Origin: a virus | Lineage: Duplodnaviria > Heunggongvirae > Uroviricota > Caudoviricetes | Strand: one strand, 5' to 3' | DNA: 64,000 bases | IMG/VR virus record: IMGVR_UViG_3300048904_000202 | Span: 68,007 to 132,006 of that record | Part shown: positions 9,497-18,452 of the stretch, one piece after another | How positions within the stretch are numbered: the first letter of the stretch is position 1 | Layout: every line of letters begins with the position of its first letter | Notes under the pieces: generated by a model | What the model saw: the letters and a program-made list of their open reading frames with translations, nothing else | Database searches by the model: none | Told to the model about the DNA's origin: nothing | Translations under genes and position numbers: made by a program

Positions 9497-9808
9497 CTAG
9501 GTCCGAGATAGCGACCGGCGACCACGCCCGGTCGCCTGTGCATAGTCGGGCGTGATGCCGTACTCGGCGAGGACACGCTGGAGCCTGCGGGTGGTAGTCA
9601 GACCAACCGGACCGAGATACCCATCGGCGCTGCCGAGGTTCTGGGACAGCAGAATATCCACCGCGATCACCAGCCGCTTCTCACGGCCAGCGGGAAGGGC
9701 GTCGATCGCCGCTTGGCTCTCCCGCGCGATCCGATCGAGATCGTTGTCGCGCTTCTGGCTCTCAACGCGGATTTCCTCGGCAATGATGTCGCCTTCTTCG
9801 TATTCCAT
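9497..9808 (-). CDS. hypothetical protein
   Basis: 103-aa ORF; TGATG overlap with an upstream 48-aa ORF (about 9809-9955). Confidence 0.45.
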   Translation of the reverse strand: MEYEEGDIIAEEIRVESQKRDNDLDRIARESQAAIDALPAGREKRLVIAVDILLSQNLGSADGYLGPVGLTTTRRLQRVLAEYGITPDYAQATGRGRRSLSRT

Positions 9809-9950
9809 CAGGCGGCGTCCTCCCAGCCTTGGGCGATGCGGCGAAGTTCATCTGCGATCTCCTTGTGGCTCAACACCTCCAGCGCGCTATTGCACGCCAG
9901 ATCGACTTCCTCGCCGAGCTTGATGACGGCCTCTGCGTAGCTCGTGTCCA

Positions 9951-10148
9951 TCACGTGCTTCCCAACAGCGCATCAGTGGACATCGCTTCGATCTCATCGA
10001 TCTTTCGGGCGCGGACGATCTCGGCGGCAAAGTACAAAAGCGCTTCCGCCGGCACATCGATAGATGCTCCGTTGCGGCTGATCGTAATGATTCCGGTGGC
10101 GTCGCTGTTGCCCGCGAAGCTTGTATCTTCAAGGTTCCATGTCTTCAC
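9951..10148 (-). CDS. hypothetical protein
   Basis: 65-aa ORF, 4-nt overlap with upstream gene. Confidence 0.4.
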   Translation of the reverse strand: MKTWNLEDTSFAGNSDATGIITISRNGASIDVPAEALLYFAAEIVRARKIDEIEAMSTDALLGST

Positions 10149-10435
10149 AAGGCCATCTCCGCCGTGATGTCTCCGTAGCGCTCACTGATGGCCTTCACGA
10201 CCTTCCAGTTGAATGAATCCCAGCGTTTCGGGTGGATATTACGCGACTGACCGGTGCGGAGGTGAACCTGCCGGAACGTGGTCTCGCCCGGTGCGCGGTC
10301 CTCCTTATCCTTCTTGATCAGATTTATCGCGCTGTCGCCATCCGCCGGCCAGCATTCATCGAAGCGGAGCATGTCGAGTGGGAAGTCGCCACGACCCTCG
10401 ACGGTGAAGTCGGTCATATCAGCGCGGGGCGTCAT
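10145..10435 (-). CDS. hypothetical protein
   Basis: 96-aa ORF, ATGA overlap. Confidence 0.45.
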   Translation of the reverse strand: MTPRADMTDFTVEGRGDFPLDMLRFDECWPADGDSAINLIKKDKEDRAPGETTFRQVHLRTGQSRNIHPKRWDSFNWKVVKAISERYGDITAEMAL

Positions 10436-10968
10436 GCGACTGCCGGCGTGTAGCCGGCCTCCTCTGCTTCATCAGCACGGTCGCGGGCGAAGCTTAGCGC
10501 GTCCGAGCGCTCCTTGAAGCCGCCACGGACGAAACCCTGCCCGAGGAACACCGCGTGGGTACCATCGGCCTGCTCCTGCACGCTGTAGCCCTGCGCTTCG
10601 ATCAGTCGGGTAGCGGCGCGGTCGAGTTCGGCGCGAGCGGTCGAGACCTGCTGCTGACGCTTCTTATCGGCAGCCGCTGCGATCTCCGCCTTGCGAGCTT
10701 CGATGTCCTTCTGTCGCTGCTCTTCGGAATCGAACGCGGTGATCGAAAAGCGCACGTAGTGACTGTCCTCGCCGCCCTGATAGCTGTCGATGAACTTCAC
10801 GTGGATGTTCTGGTCGAACAATTCCCAGCTATCGAAATACCAATCGGTGGACAACGGTTCGCCGGTCTCCTCCGCGAACGCGCGGGCGAAGGTGGCGATC
10901 TCTTCGTCGAGCGCTTCCCGCTGGCGCCAGTGGCCCCAGATTTCCTGCGACTTGAGGATACCCATTAT
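10432..10968 (-). CDS. hypothetical protein
   Basis: Start revised to MGILKSQ (TAATGG overlap); acidic 178-aa protein. Confidence 0.5.
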   Translation of the reverse strand: MMGILKSQEIWGHWRQREALDEEIATFARAFAEETGEPLSTDWYFDSWELFDQNIHVKFIDSYQGGEDSHYVRFSITAFDSEEQRQKDIEARKAEIAAAADKKRQQQVSTARAELDRAATRLIEAQGYSVQEQADGTHAVFLGQGFVRGGFKERSDALSFARDRADEAEEAGYTPAVA

Positions 10969-11384
10969 GCGGTCTCCCGCGCGGCGGCGGCGATGTCGAA
11001 GACGCGCTTGAAGCGCTCCTTGATCTCGTCGTAGCTCTTGCCGCCGCTGATCATCGCACGGGCTTCCGCGCCGAGCGCCGGATCGACGCCAGTCAGGTCT
11101 TCGGCGAGGGCGCGAGCGAGATGGCGTTCCGGGATCGCGCCGGGGATATTCCAGCCCATCATCGAGCCGATCTCCATCGCCATACGCTCGGCGGTCGAGA
11201 CGCCAAGCTTCTGGTTGAGCCGCCAGACTTGATTGTCGATGGTCTCGTTCGGGAGCGCCGGCCACTTGTCGAGGTCGGCCGGGTAGTACCCGGTCTCGCC
11301 ATCCTTGATCACGATCAGCGTGCCCTCGGACGGATGCTTGGCAAAGCAGATTTCCGGAAGCGGCTTGTATTTGGGCTCAGTCAT
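10965..11384 (-). CDS. hypothetical protein
   Basis: 139-aa ORF starting immediately after GAATCAGGGAGACACAGACG leader. Confidence 0.55.
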   Translation of the reverse strand: MTEPKYKPLPEICFAKHPSEGTLIVIKDGETGYYPADLDKWPALPNETIDNQVWRLNQKLGVSTAERMAMEIGSMMGWNIPGAIPERHLARALAEDLTGVDPALGAEARAMISGGKSYDEIKERFKRVFDIAAAARETA

Positions 11385-11787
11385 CGTCTGTGTCTCCCTG
11401 ATTCGTTTGCAATAAAGCCCACGTAGGACGAATCTTTTGGTCAGTCAACAGGGAAATCCACTTTTCCAAGCGAGCGACGATCTTAGCGTGCCCTTTCTCT
11501 GCTTCGCCCCACGTCTCGTAGCGGTCGAGCAGGAGCAGGTGTTCTCCTTCCGCGTTCTGAATCGAGACCTCGCGACCGTCGTCCTCGTGGAAAACCATCG
11601 TCTCGTACAGACGCGGCGCCCGGCCGATGGCATGATCGATGCCGAGGAATACGGTAGAGACCCAGAAGCCATAATCGAGATCAGTACGAGCGACCTTGCG
11701 GTCGGCGGTTTCAAACCAACGCGCCCACGCCATTAGGTCGTCCTCAGGGATAGCAAGCTTTCCCATGAGGATGTATTGGCCGGTCAT
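11377..11787 (-). CDS. hypothetical protein
   Basis: 136-aa ORF; its 3' end is encoded by the promoter cassette. Confidence 0.5.
   Translation of the reverse strand: MTGQYILMGKLAIPEDDLMAWARWFETADRKVARTDLDYGFWVSTVFLGIDHAIGRAPRLYETMVFHEDDGREVSIQNAEGEHLLLLDRYETWGEAEKGHAKIVARLEKWISLLTDQKIRPTWALLQTNQGDTDDD
11385..11450 (-). promoter_or_regulatory. conserved promoter-leader cassette (TTGACT-N17-TACGTG ... GAATCAGGGAGACAC)
   Basis: rc reads GTTGACTGACCAAAAGATTCGTCCTACGTG...ACGAATCAGGGAGACACAGACGATG; overlaps the last 25 codons of the upstream gene. Confidence 0.5.
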
Positions 11788-11954
11788 TCGGCTGTCCTGA
11801 TCTCAATCTTGACGTGTCGGCGAGGCTTTGGGCCGGTGATCTGACCGATACGTTGCTTACTAATACCGTACTCTTTGGCGAGGGATACCAACGACTCACC
11901 GGCGGCGCGACGTGTCTTGATTGTTTCGTTTCTGGCTCGGGTGTCTGACATCAG
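11784..11954 (-). CDS. small HTH protein (56 aa)
   Basis: Below ORF-track cutoff; TGATG and ATGA overlaps with neighbours; LVSLAKEYGISKQRIGQI resembles a resolvase/sigma-r4-type HTH. Confidence 0.35.
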   Translation of the reverse strand: MMSDTRARNETIKTRRAAGESLVSLAKEYGISKQRIGQITGPKPRRHVKIEIRTAE

Positions 11955-12397
11955 TGCGTCCGGGTGTTCGGGTCCAGCTTGCGCTTCGCCATACCTACAC
12001 GCAGCCGGGCTTTGATCTCCTTAACCAGCGGGAGATTGTTGATCTCGATCTGGGCGGCGCGGATCGACTTCGCTTCGAGCGGGAACATCTCGGTGCGGGT
12101 TCCGCCGGACTCGCGAGTCGCCTTGATCCAAAAGTACGGCATCTTGGTGATGCCGTGGAGGGCGAGCGCCGTCGCGGCGACGAGTGGGAAGTTATGAGTG
12201 ATGATGCCCTCGACGATGGTCGCCTGTAACGCTCCGATCGCGCCTGACGGCATGGTCAGGATCGCGGAGAACTGCGCCATCACCGCGTCCTTGTGTAGCG
12301 CCTTGTCATCGACGATGAAGAACCCCTGAAACTCATCGAGGTGCGGTAGCACTACGGCGCCGTAGCCGATGGTGTTGGGCGGGATGTCTCCCATCAT
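11951..12397 (-). CDS. hypothetical protein
   Basis: 148-aa ORF, overlaps both neighbours by 4 nt. Confidence 0.5.
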   Translation of the reverse strand: MMGDIPPNTIGYGAVVLPHLDEFQGFFIVDDKALHKDAVMAQFSAILTMPSGAIGALQATIVEGIITHNFPLVAATALALHGITKMPYFWIKATRESGGTRTEMFPLEAKSIRAAQIEINNLPLVKEIKARLRVGMAKRKLDPNTRTH

Positions 12398-12759
12398 CTG
12401 ACTCCGTATTTTTCGAATCGCTCAATGTACCGGTCTAATAGGTCCCTAGTGTATTGCTCGCGCCTTGCAGGCCAGTCTACTCCATTAGGATTGGCTGGTT
12501 TTTCAATCAATCGTTGGATCGCTGTGCGCAGAGCGCCAATCTCAGTGTTAAGACGATGACGGTGATGGTGTTCCGCCTTCCATGCGACCGCCTTATCGCG
12601 ATGATGGGACGGATTCTTGGCCTTATAGTCTCGTTGCCTCTCTTGCATCGTTATGACGTGTTGAGCGCCAATCTGCGCCATCCATTCGAGGTCGGACAGG
12701 CTGGTGCGATCCTTGAGAGCGGCGAGTACCTCTTCGGCCGCACGACGTTTGCCTTTCAT
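12394..12759 (-). CDS. hypothetical protein
   Basis: 121-aa His/Arg-rich ORF. Confidence 0.5.
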   Translation of the reverse strand: MKGKRRAAEEVLAALKDRTSLSDLEWMAQIGAQHVITMQERQRDYKAKNPSHHRDKAVAWKAEHHHRHRLNTEIGALRTAIQRLIEKPANPNGVDWPARREQYTRDLLDRYIERFEKYGVR

Positions 12760-13121
12760 TCAGCATCGTCCAGCGGTTCCGGGCGATGGTCGGGCTTGTT
12801 CTCGTCGATTGTATCCGTATCGTCGTAGACGTGCCAGACCGCATCTTCCTGAGTGTATTGGACATCCTTTAGGCGCGATCCGAGCTTCGTGTATTCGAGC
12901 CGCGCGATCCGCACCTCTCCCGTCACGTCGACCGGAACCACCATGCGGGCGAAATCGACCGCTTCGGCGAAGGTACGGAAGTCTCCCGTCTTCTGGAACT
13001 GGTGTTCCTCCACATAATCGAACAGGGCTTCGCCTTCCTTCCAACCACGCTTCGCCGCGAGCGCGTATCCGTCCGCTTCTGGGTTCCACGAGACGACGTA
13101 GGGGTTAAGCGGCCGGCTCAT
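12756..13121 (-). CDS. hypothetical protein
   Basis: Start revised to MSRPLNPYVV (ATGA overlap). Confidence 0.45.
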   Translation of the reverse strand: MSRPLNPYVVSWNPEADGYALAAKRGWKEGEALFDYVEEHQFQKTGDFRTFAEAVDFARMVVPVDVTGEVRIARLEYTKLGSRLKDVQYTQEDAVWHVYDDTDTIDENKPDHRPEPLDDAE

Positions 13122-13499
13122 AGCGGGACGTTCCATCCCTTGCGCTCGAACTGCCACGCATCCGCCGTGAAGTCGGTGGTATAGGCGACCTTATTCCTCT
13201 TGAAAGCCCACACCGGGCCGCCACCGGTGCGGAAGGTGTTGGCGATCTCCGTTGCCGGCATTTCACGGTAGAACCCGATACGAATCAGGATCGTTCGACA
13301 CGCGTCGATCATTCGCCGGTCGCGGTTGTCCTCGGCGGCCCGCTCGACATCAAACAGCACCGACAGCATGTCCCAAGTGTGCCCCTCATCGTTCTCGAAC
13401 TCGATGTCGAGTTGGTATTCGAGTTCCTGTATCAGGAACTCGGGGGCTTCGGACTGGATGAGCGCGATGGCGTCTTGGCGAGTGATGATCTCAGGCAAC
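13118..13499 (-). CDS. hypothetical protein
   Basis: Start revised to TTG overlapping upstream stop. Confidence 0.4.
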
Positions 13500-13703
13500 G
13501 ACTTCGACCTTCTCCTCGGGATGGAAGAGTTCGAAGCTGCGCCCGCCAGCAAACACCACCAATCTGGCACACCTATCCGCGTGTCCGGGAAGCGCCATTC
13601 GCCATTTCCGTGTAACCTTGTTCGCGGTGACGCATACCGGGCCGCCGCCATCTAGCTTGATGCGCTGACCCACCTTCACGTCCTTGGCGGCGACCATTGT
13701 CAT
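13491..13703 (-). CDS. hypothetical protein
   Basis: 70-aa ORF, ATGA overlap. Confidence 0.45.
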   Translation of the reverse strand: MTMVAAKDVKVGQRIKLDGGGPVCVTANKVTRKWRMALPGHADRCARLVVFAGGRSFELFHPEEKVEVVA

Positions 13704-14143
13704 TAGGCCAGCACCTTCACGTCGGCGCGATATCCGCCTTCGCGCGTCCAGAGTGGAACGTTGCTGCCCTCGCCATAGCCTTCGATAAAGTGCATCCTGC
13801 CGGCGTTCACGTAGACCGTAACGTTGCCGAAAAGGTCGCGATTCGAGTCACCACGCCAGCGGATATAGAAGTCGAAGATGCCGCGTCCATTCGGGTCGAG
13901 TTCGACGCCGGCACGAAAGTCCGACCAAAAGCCATAGTCGTGCAGATCGGTGTCGTTGAAGTCGTCGGCATGGTTGGTAACCAGCGCCGCGTTGATCGAC
14001 GTAGGCTTACTGGTGTCCTCGATGTTGCACCGGATGCCGGGCTCCAACAGAATGCTGTTGAAGGGAGGACCTGAGTCACCGCCCTCGTGCAAGGCGCACA
14101 TCTTGATGATCTCGATCTGCTCAGGCGTGGGCTTGAACTTCAT
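13703..14143 (-). CDS. hypothetical protein
   Basis: 146-aa ORF beginning right after CGACAGGGAGACACAAC leader. Confidence 0.55.
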   Translation of the reverse strand: MKFKPTPEQIEIIKMCALHEGGDSGPPFNSILLEPGIRCNIEDTSKPTSINAALVTNHADDFNDTDLHDYGFWSDFRAGVELDPNGRGIFDFYIRWRGDSNRDLFGNVTVYVNAGRMHFIEGYGEGSNVPLWTREGGYRADVKVLA

Positions 14144-14208
14144 GTTGTGTCTCCCTGTCGTTGCTGACGCGAATCATCTAGGACAAATCTTATGGTCTTG
14201 TCAAGTGG
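14144..14208 (-). promoter_or_regulatory. conserved promoter-leader cassette
   Basis: rc: CTTGACAAGACCATAAGATTTGTCCTAGATGATTCGCGTCAGCAACGACAGGGAGACACAACATG in a 65-nt intergenic spacer. Confidence 0.5.
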
Positions 14209-14430
14209 TCATACGCCTTGCTTGATAAGCTCGGCCAGACGCTTTTCTCCGGCAGGGAGAATGTAAGCGGAACCGATTTGCCAACCGGTCAAGCCCCGTT
14301 TTTGGAGGTAACAATACTGGCTGTAGAACGGCTTGTGTCTGAACGGTTGCTTCGCCATCTGGAGCAAGCGGCGCTCCCGGAGCGGGGACATGGCCGTAGT
14401 GCGGTATTCATCCTCTTCGACCGGTCTCAC
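14209..14430 (-). CDS. small conserved protein, paralog of 26961-27187
   Basis: 73 aa; shares RERRLLQxAK...YSQYxxLQxxGLTGWQIGxAYILPAGExRLAxLIxQGV with the 27.0-kb copy. Confidence 0.5.
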   Translation of the reverse strand: MRPVEEDEYRTTAMSPLRERRLLQMAKQPFRHKPFYSQYCYLQKRGLTGWQIGSAYILPAGEKRLAELIKQGV

Positions 14431-14636
14431 ACATCGTCTCCTTTGGATTCGTCAGCAGGTAATCCAGCCGAAGCCATGAGGCGCGAGACAAGGCTATTGA
14501 AGCGCTCCTTCTCCCAAGCAGCGTATGCCACAGGATCAGCGATATTAACGCCGTCCTCGGCTGCCTCGCGGCGGCGTTCGCGCTTGATCTTGGCGAGTTG
14601 TCGGGCGCGGCCGATGCTACCGTTCATGCCCATCAC
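14427..14636 (-). CDS. hypothetical protein
   Basis: 69-aa ORF, 4-nt overlaps. Confidence 0.45.
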   Translation of the reverse strand: MMGMNGSIGRARQLAKIKRERRREAAEDGVNIADPVAYAAWEKERFNSLVSRLMASAGLPADESKGDDV

Positions 14637-14876
14637 TCGTCTCCATCCGACCTTGGTTTCGGCATAGAACCATCGAACGATTGCTCAAAAACACGTGCCC
14701 GAGAAAGATGCGGTACGTATGAATGTTGATCTCGACCAACACCGTTTCTCTTGCATGATCCACCCTTCGGCGCTCCGCATTTCGGGCACGCGACGCTCGC
14801 GATGATCATGGCGTAACCCTCGTCCACATTGGTCCCGAATCGTCGAGCCAGCCGGGTTCTGAAATCATTCATCGCT
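14633..14876 (-). CDS. small zinc-ribbon protein
   Basis: Start revised to MNDFRTRL (ATGAATGA overlap); CPKCGAPKGGSC motif. Confidence 0.45.
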
Positions 14877-15157
14877 ATCGTCGTCCATAATGTCCTCGTC
14901 GAGATCGTCCTTCCATGCCTCGTCGGCCTGATATCTCGCCCGTGCCTGCCGGCGGCGCAAGTCGCGATGATCGTCGGCGCGGCGCTCGGCTTGCCGCGTC
15001 CGTATCTCGCGATCGTACCAGCCGGCATCGACCGGCTTGGGGAGGGGACGAGGCGTCGCTTTGGCGGCCGGACGCTTCTGGCAGCACGCCGGGCTAGCGA
15101 AGAGGAAGACGGAGGCCGTGGCGAGTGATGCGGCGATGAAGAAGGCGCGGCTCATGC
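14865..15157 (-). CDS. secreted small protein
   Basis: Start revised to MSRAFFIAASLATASVFLFASPACC (signal peptide) with ATGA overlap. Confidence 0.45.
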
Positions 15158-15511
15158 TGCCACCGCCTCCTCGATCTTGCGCCAGCGTTCGAGCTTGGCA
15201 TCCTCGGGAGGGACATGTGAGGTCGCGACCGACGCCGAGATGGTGACGTAATCGCTCGGCCCGTATCCGGTCGGGTGACCGATGCAGGTGAAGCGATAGT
15301 CGAAACCATCGGGCATGACGCCGTGGGCGAGTTGCGCTTTGACGCGCTCGACCCAGCGGCCGTAGGTCTCGATCAGGACGGTGAGATAGGTGCCGTTGCG
15401 CCATTGGATCGTGATGTCCACCGGCACCTCGGGCAGCGCCTGCTTGATCGCGAACGACAATGACGACAGCGCGCCATGGATCGCGAGCATCGGGATTTCG
15501 GAATTTTTCAT
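15152..15511 (-). CDS. hypothetical protein
   Basis: Start revised to MKNSEIPML preceded by AAAAGGAGG RBS. Confidence 0.5.
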   Translation of the reverse strand: MKNSEIPMLAIHGALSSLSFAIKQALPEVPVDITIQWRNGTYLTVLIETYGRWVERVKAQLAHGVMPDGFDYRFTCIGHPTGYGPSDYVTISASVATSHVPPEDAKLERWRKIEEAVAA

Positions 15512-15513
15512 GG

Positions 15514-16779
15514 TCACGCTGCCTCCTTTTCCTGAGTGATGATCTTCTCCAGCTTGCACCGATTCAAGCGCGTCTCCTTGACGCCCTTGTACTCGGCATG
15601 GTCCTTGACGGTCCCGACCAGTTTGACCCGATCGCCGCGACCGATCCCCTCGACGTTGACGCCGCCGGCCGAGGTCATCCACGACAGCTTCTCGCCCTTG
15701 TCGGTGAAGAAGGTGTAGACCGAGCAATCTCCGAAACGATCGGCCGGCAGTGCGCGGATAAAATCCACGACCGCCTCGACAGTGATGCGCTCGCCGGGTT
15801 TGCCGACATGCTGCGACGCCGGGCGGTCGGTGCCTTCCTTGGCGCGCCGCTCCGCCTCCAGCTTGCGGCCCAGAGCCCGCTCGTATGCCGGCACCGCAGA
15901 GCAGACATAGCCCATGCGGTTCGCCTTCACGTCGGTCGCCGCGAGGAAAAGCTTGAGATTGTGGAGGTAGTCGGACGGGCCGGGGACAAGCGTCTCTCCC
16001 CACGCGATCACCGCGTCGGCTCGCTCGTAGTGCTTCTGCTCATTGGCACGAAGCTCCGCAACCAGCGCGTTGTAGCGAGCCCGCTCATCCTTCGTGAATC
16101 CTACCTGATTGGTGGCGTACAGAAGAGCGACACGACCCTGCGTGGTGTCGCCGAAGTCGTGTCCGCCGCTCTTTGGAGCCCAGCCCCAAAGGTCGATCGC
16201 CGCAGAGGTCGCGGCCAGAAGCTCGCGAGGGATGCGCCACCAGTCACGGTAGGACGAAAAGCCCCAGCCGTCGTCCTTTTCGCCGTTGTTGTCGAGGCTC
16301 TTGGCCCACTGGAAAATCCACAGCGCCTTCTCGGGCGTGTCGATCCCTAGATAGTCGCGCAGGCAGGTGCGGCCGACGATGACCATTTTATCGTCCTCGC
16401 GGACGATGAAGCCATGGGCGCGGTCGCGGGCCGTATTGCAATGCTCGCAGGTGCCGGCCCAAGCTCGGCCGAGTTCGCCCACCGAGTCGTCGATGCCGGG
16501 CACCTTGTCCACGATCACACCGCCGGCCTCGCGAGTCAGGCGCGCCATCAGCGTGTGGTTGCCCACGCGCGGAGCTTCGCCTTCGACGGTCACGTCGATG
16601 AACCACTCGGTGTACTTCTTCTTCTCGCCGAAGAAGTTGATGGTCTCGCGCTCCTCGCCGCGCGGTTCCGCGAACGAGTAGGTGATGACGTGACCATAGC
16701 CGGCCGCCTTCTTGACCAGCTTGTCCAGCTTGGCCTTGGCAGCTTCCTCGTAGTCGGCCCTGATCGTAATCGTGGTCAT
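15514..16779 (-). CDS. hypothetical protein (421 aa)
   Basis: Long ORF starting directly after GAATCAGGGAGACACGCT leader. Confidence 0.6.
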   Translation of the reverse strand: MTTITIRADYEEAAKAKLDKLVKKAAGYGHVITYSFAEPRGEERETINFFGEKKKYTEWFIDVTVEGEAPRVGNHTLMARLTREAGGVIVDKVPGIDDSVGELGRAWAGTCEHCNTARDRAHGFIVREDDKMVIVGRTCLRDYLGIDTPEKALWIFQWAKSLDNNGEKDDGWGFSSYRDWWRIPRELLAATSAAIDLWGWAPKSGGHDFGDTTQGRVALLYATNQVGFTKDERARYNALVAELRANEQKHYERADAVIAWGETLVPGPSDYLHNLKLFLAATDVKANRMGYVCSAVPAYERALGRKLEAERRAKEGTDRPASQHVGKPGERITVEAVVDFIRALPADRFGDCSVYTFFTDKGEKLSWMTSAGGVNVEGIGRGDRVKLVGTVKDHAEYKGVKETRLNRCKLEKIITQEKEAA

Positions 16780-16861
16780 AGCGTGTCTCCCTGATTCGCT
16801 CGTTGCGACTCAGGTAGGACAAATCTTAGGTAGTGTCAACCGTTCACGTGTTCGACCGCCT
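16780..16861 (-). promoter_or_regulatory. conserved promoter-leader cassette
   Basis: rc: GTTGACACTACCTAAGATTTGTCCTACCTGAGTCGCAACGAGCGAATCAGGGAGACACGCTATG. Confidence 0.5.
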
Positions 16862-17065
16862 TTAGACGGCCTTTGGCCTTGGGTCGCCGCTGAGAATTAC
16901 GAACGGGTCATGGGTGCCGCTGCTGTTCAGTTCGTAAGCCACTTCCATAACCTCGTAGCTATTACCGTCGGCTAGATATACGATTTCCCGCACACGTGGT
17001 ACAGCAGGCGCGTGCATATCGCCGATCCATGAGTGTCCTTGCCGCATCAATTTAATCGCTATCAT
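16862..17065 (-). CDS. hypothetical protein
   Basis: 67-aa ORF between promoter cassette and an AT-rich spacer (17066-17147). Confidence 0.4.
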   Translation of the reverse strand: MIAIKLMRQGHSWIGDMHAPAVPRVREIVYLADGNSYEVMEVAYELNSSGTHDPFVILSGDPRPKAV

Positions 17066-17147
17066 GCTGCCCTCATTTATTATTTAAGCTCGTTTAGTAC
17101 ACATGTCCCTAAAGAGGTCAACGCGATTACATCAAATGGCGTAGCGT

Positions 17148-17912
17148 TTACCCGAACTTCCAGTGACGATGTTCATAATTGGCCTTGGCGATCTGTCCAA
17201 TGCGAGAGGCTGAAACGCCGGCATGACGGGCAACTTCCTCGACTGGCACGTTGTCGACATACACCATGCGAGCGATGAGAACATCCCGGCGAAAATTGTC
17301 GGCATAGGCTCCTCGCTTAGCCGGCGGGAGGATCGGCAGGTTGGATTTTATGGCCTTCTTCACCTTGGTCACGACAGTTTTTACGGTTGGCGGCGCAGGG
17401 CTCCGGTTCGCCTCGATGCGCTTCTTGTTGAGATCGCGTCGGTATAGCCGCTGCGCCTGTCCACCGGACGCATTCAGGAGAATGTGTAGCTTGTGATGAG
17501 GTACGCCCGTCTCTTCAATCAACTTTTCGATATCGCGCAAGACGACGTATCTCTTGGCGATCTCTTTGCGGCGGAGTGACGACAACCGGGTGAGCTTCGG
17601 AGGGGTAGGGGTAGGGGGCTCCGCCATCATCGAAGCGTTTGTTTCCGTCGTTTCGGCGACGATGTGCGGCGGCGAGTTTGGTGCTTCCGGTATCTCTCGG
17701 ATGATGCGCCGCAGTCGGGCGCCGACGTTTCGTCGTGTATGTCCGTTCATCCGGGTGGTCATTGCGTAATGAAAGGTCTTCTCAGCATCGTGAAGCCGGA
17801 AGGTTACTGTCTGGTGGCCGGCGCCGTCGCGTCCTCGATCGAGAACCTTGGCACCTGAGGAATACAGGATGCCCATAATCTCGGCTTCAAGTTCTCGCGC
17901 TGCTACGCTCAC
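17148..17912 (-). CDS. DNA-binding protein with C-terminal sigma-70 region-4-like HTH
   Basis: GTG start with GGAGG RBS; C-terminus VLIARMVYVDNVPVEEVARHAGVSASRIGQIAKA resembles sigma region 4 / LuxR HTH. Confidence 0.55.
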   Translation of the reverse strand: MSVAARELEAEIMGILYSSGAKVLDRGRDGAGHQTVTFRLHDAEKTFHYAMTTRMNGHTRRNVGARLRRIIREIPEAPNSPPHIVAETTETNASMMAEPPTPTPPKLTRLSSLRRKEIAKRYVVLRDIEKLIEETGVPHHKLHILLNASGGQAQRLYRRDLNKKRIEANRSPAPPTVKTVVTKVKKAIKSNLPILPPAKRGAYADNFRRDVLIARMVYVDNVPVEEVARHAGVSASRIGQIAKANYEHRHWKFG

Positions 17913-17916
17913 CCAA

Positions 17917-18234
17917 TTACCTCCTCTCGTTCGAATCCTGTTCCCGACGCTCGCGCATCCTGCGTTCTCGGCCGGTCTCAGGTCGCGGATTGTTCTCTAA
18001 TGGACGATCCCACGGCGGAGCAACTGGTGGAAGTTCGCTCCAAGGAGTCCGTTCGCCAGTGAGGATGGCAATCATTTCCAGCCGTGTCTTCTCATAATCT
18101 GGTTCGACTTGGAGAGCCGTCACGGCGGCTTCCCTAATCGCTCTCGCGACGCGTCCCCGGCTGGACGCCTGATCGTCTCCGAAGGAGGAGATGACCGCCT
18201 CCTCCAAGACTTCTCCGACAATCGACCGGGTCAT
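17917..18234 (-). CDS. hypothetical protein
   Basis: 105-aa ORF, ATGA overlap. Confidence 0.45.
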   Translation of the reverse strand: MTRSIVGEVLEEAVISSFGDDQASSRGRVARAIREAAVTALQVEPDYEKTRLEMIAILTGERTPWSELPPVAPPWDRPLENNPRPETGRERRMRERREQDSNERR

Positions 18235-18452
18235 AATTTCAAGTGTTCCCCGTTACAGGCCTTGGTCAACCAGAGCGCTCCGATGACCGGTGGGTGTTGA
18301 TGCCATGGTTCTCCACAGACCTCGCACAAACAGTTCTGATCTGTCCGCCTACACTCACAAGCATCGAACCTGATGCGGTCTTCCTCCGACAGCAGATGAT
18401 AGGCATTGCCATTATGGTCATGCTGTTGTCGGAGGTCGAAAGGTATCATCAA
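18231..18452 (-). CDS. Cys-rich small protein
   Basis: 73 aa with CECRRTDQNCLCEVCGEPWHQH cluster; ATGA overlap with nadV. Confidence 0.45.
   Translation of the reverse strand: MMIPFDLRQQHDHNGNAYHLLSEEDRIRFDACECRRTDQNCLCEVCGEPWHQHPPVIGALWLTKACNGEHLKL

Noticed and set aside
15460-16350. Long plus-strand ORFs (also 19649-20692, 24597-25481, 27283-28707, 37765-38721, 55754-56194 and others) lying antisense to minus-strand genes
   Set aside because: High GC content produces long open antisense frames. Their translations are Arg/Ala/Gly-rich and low-complexity. The sense-strand genes have the conserved leaders and coupled junctions.
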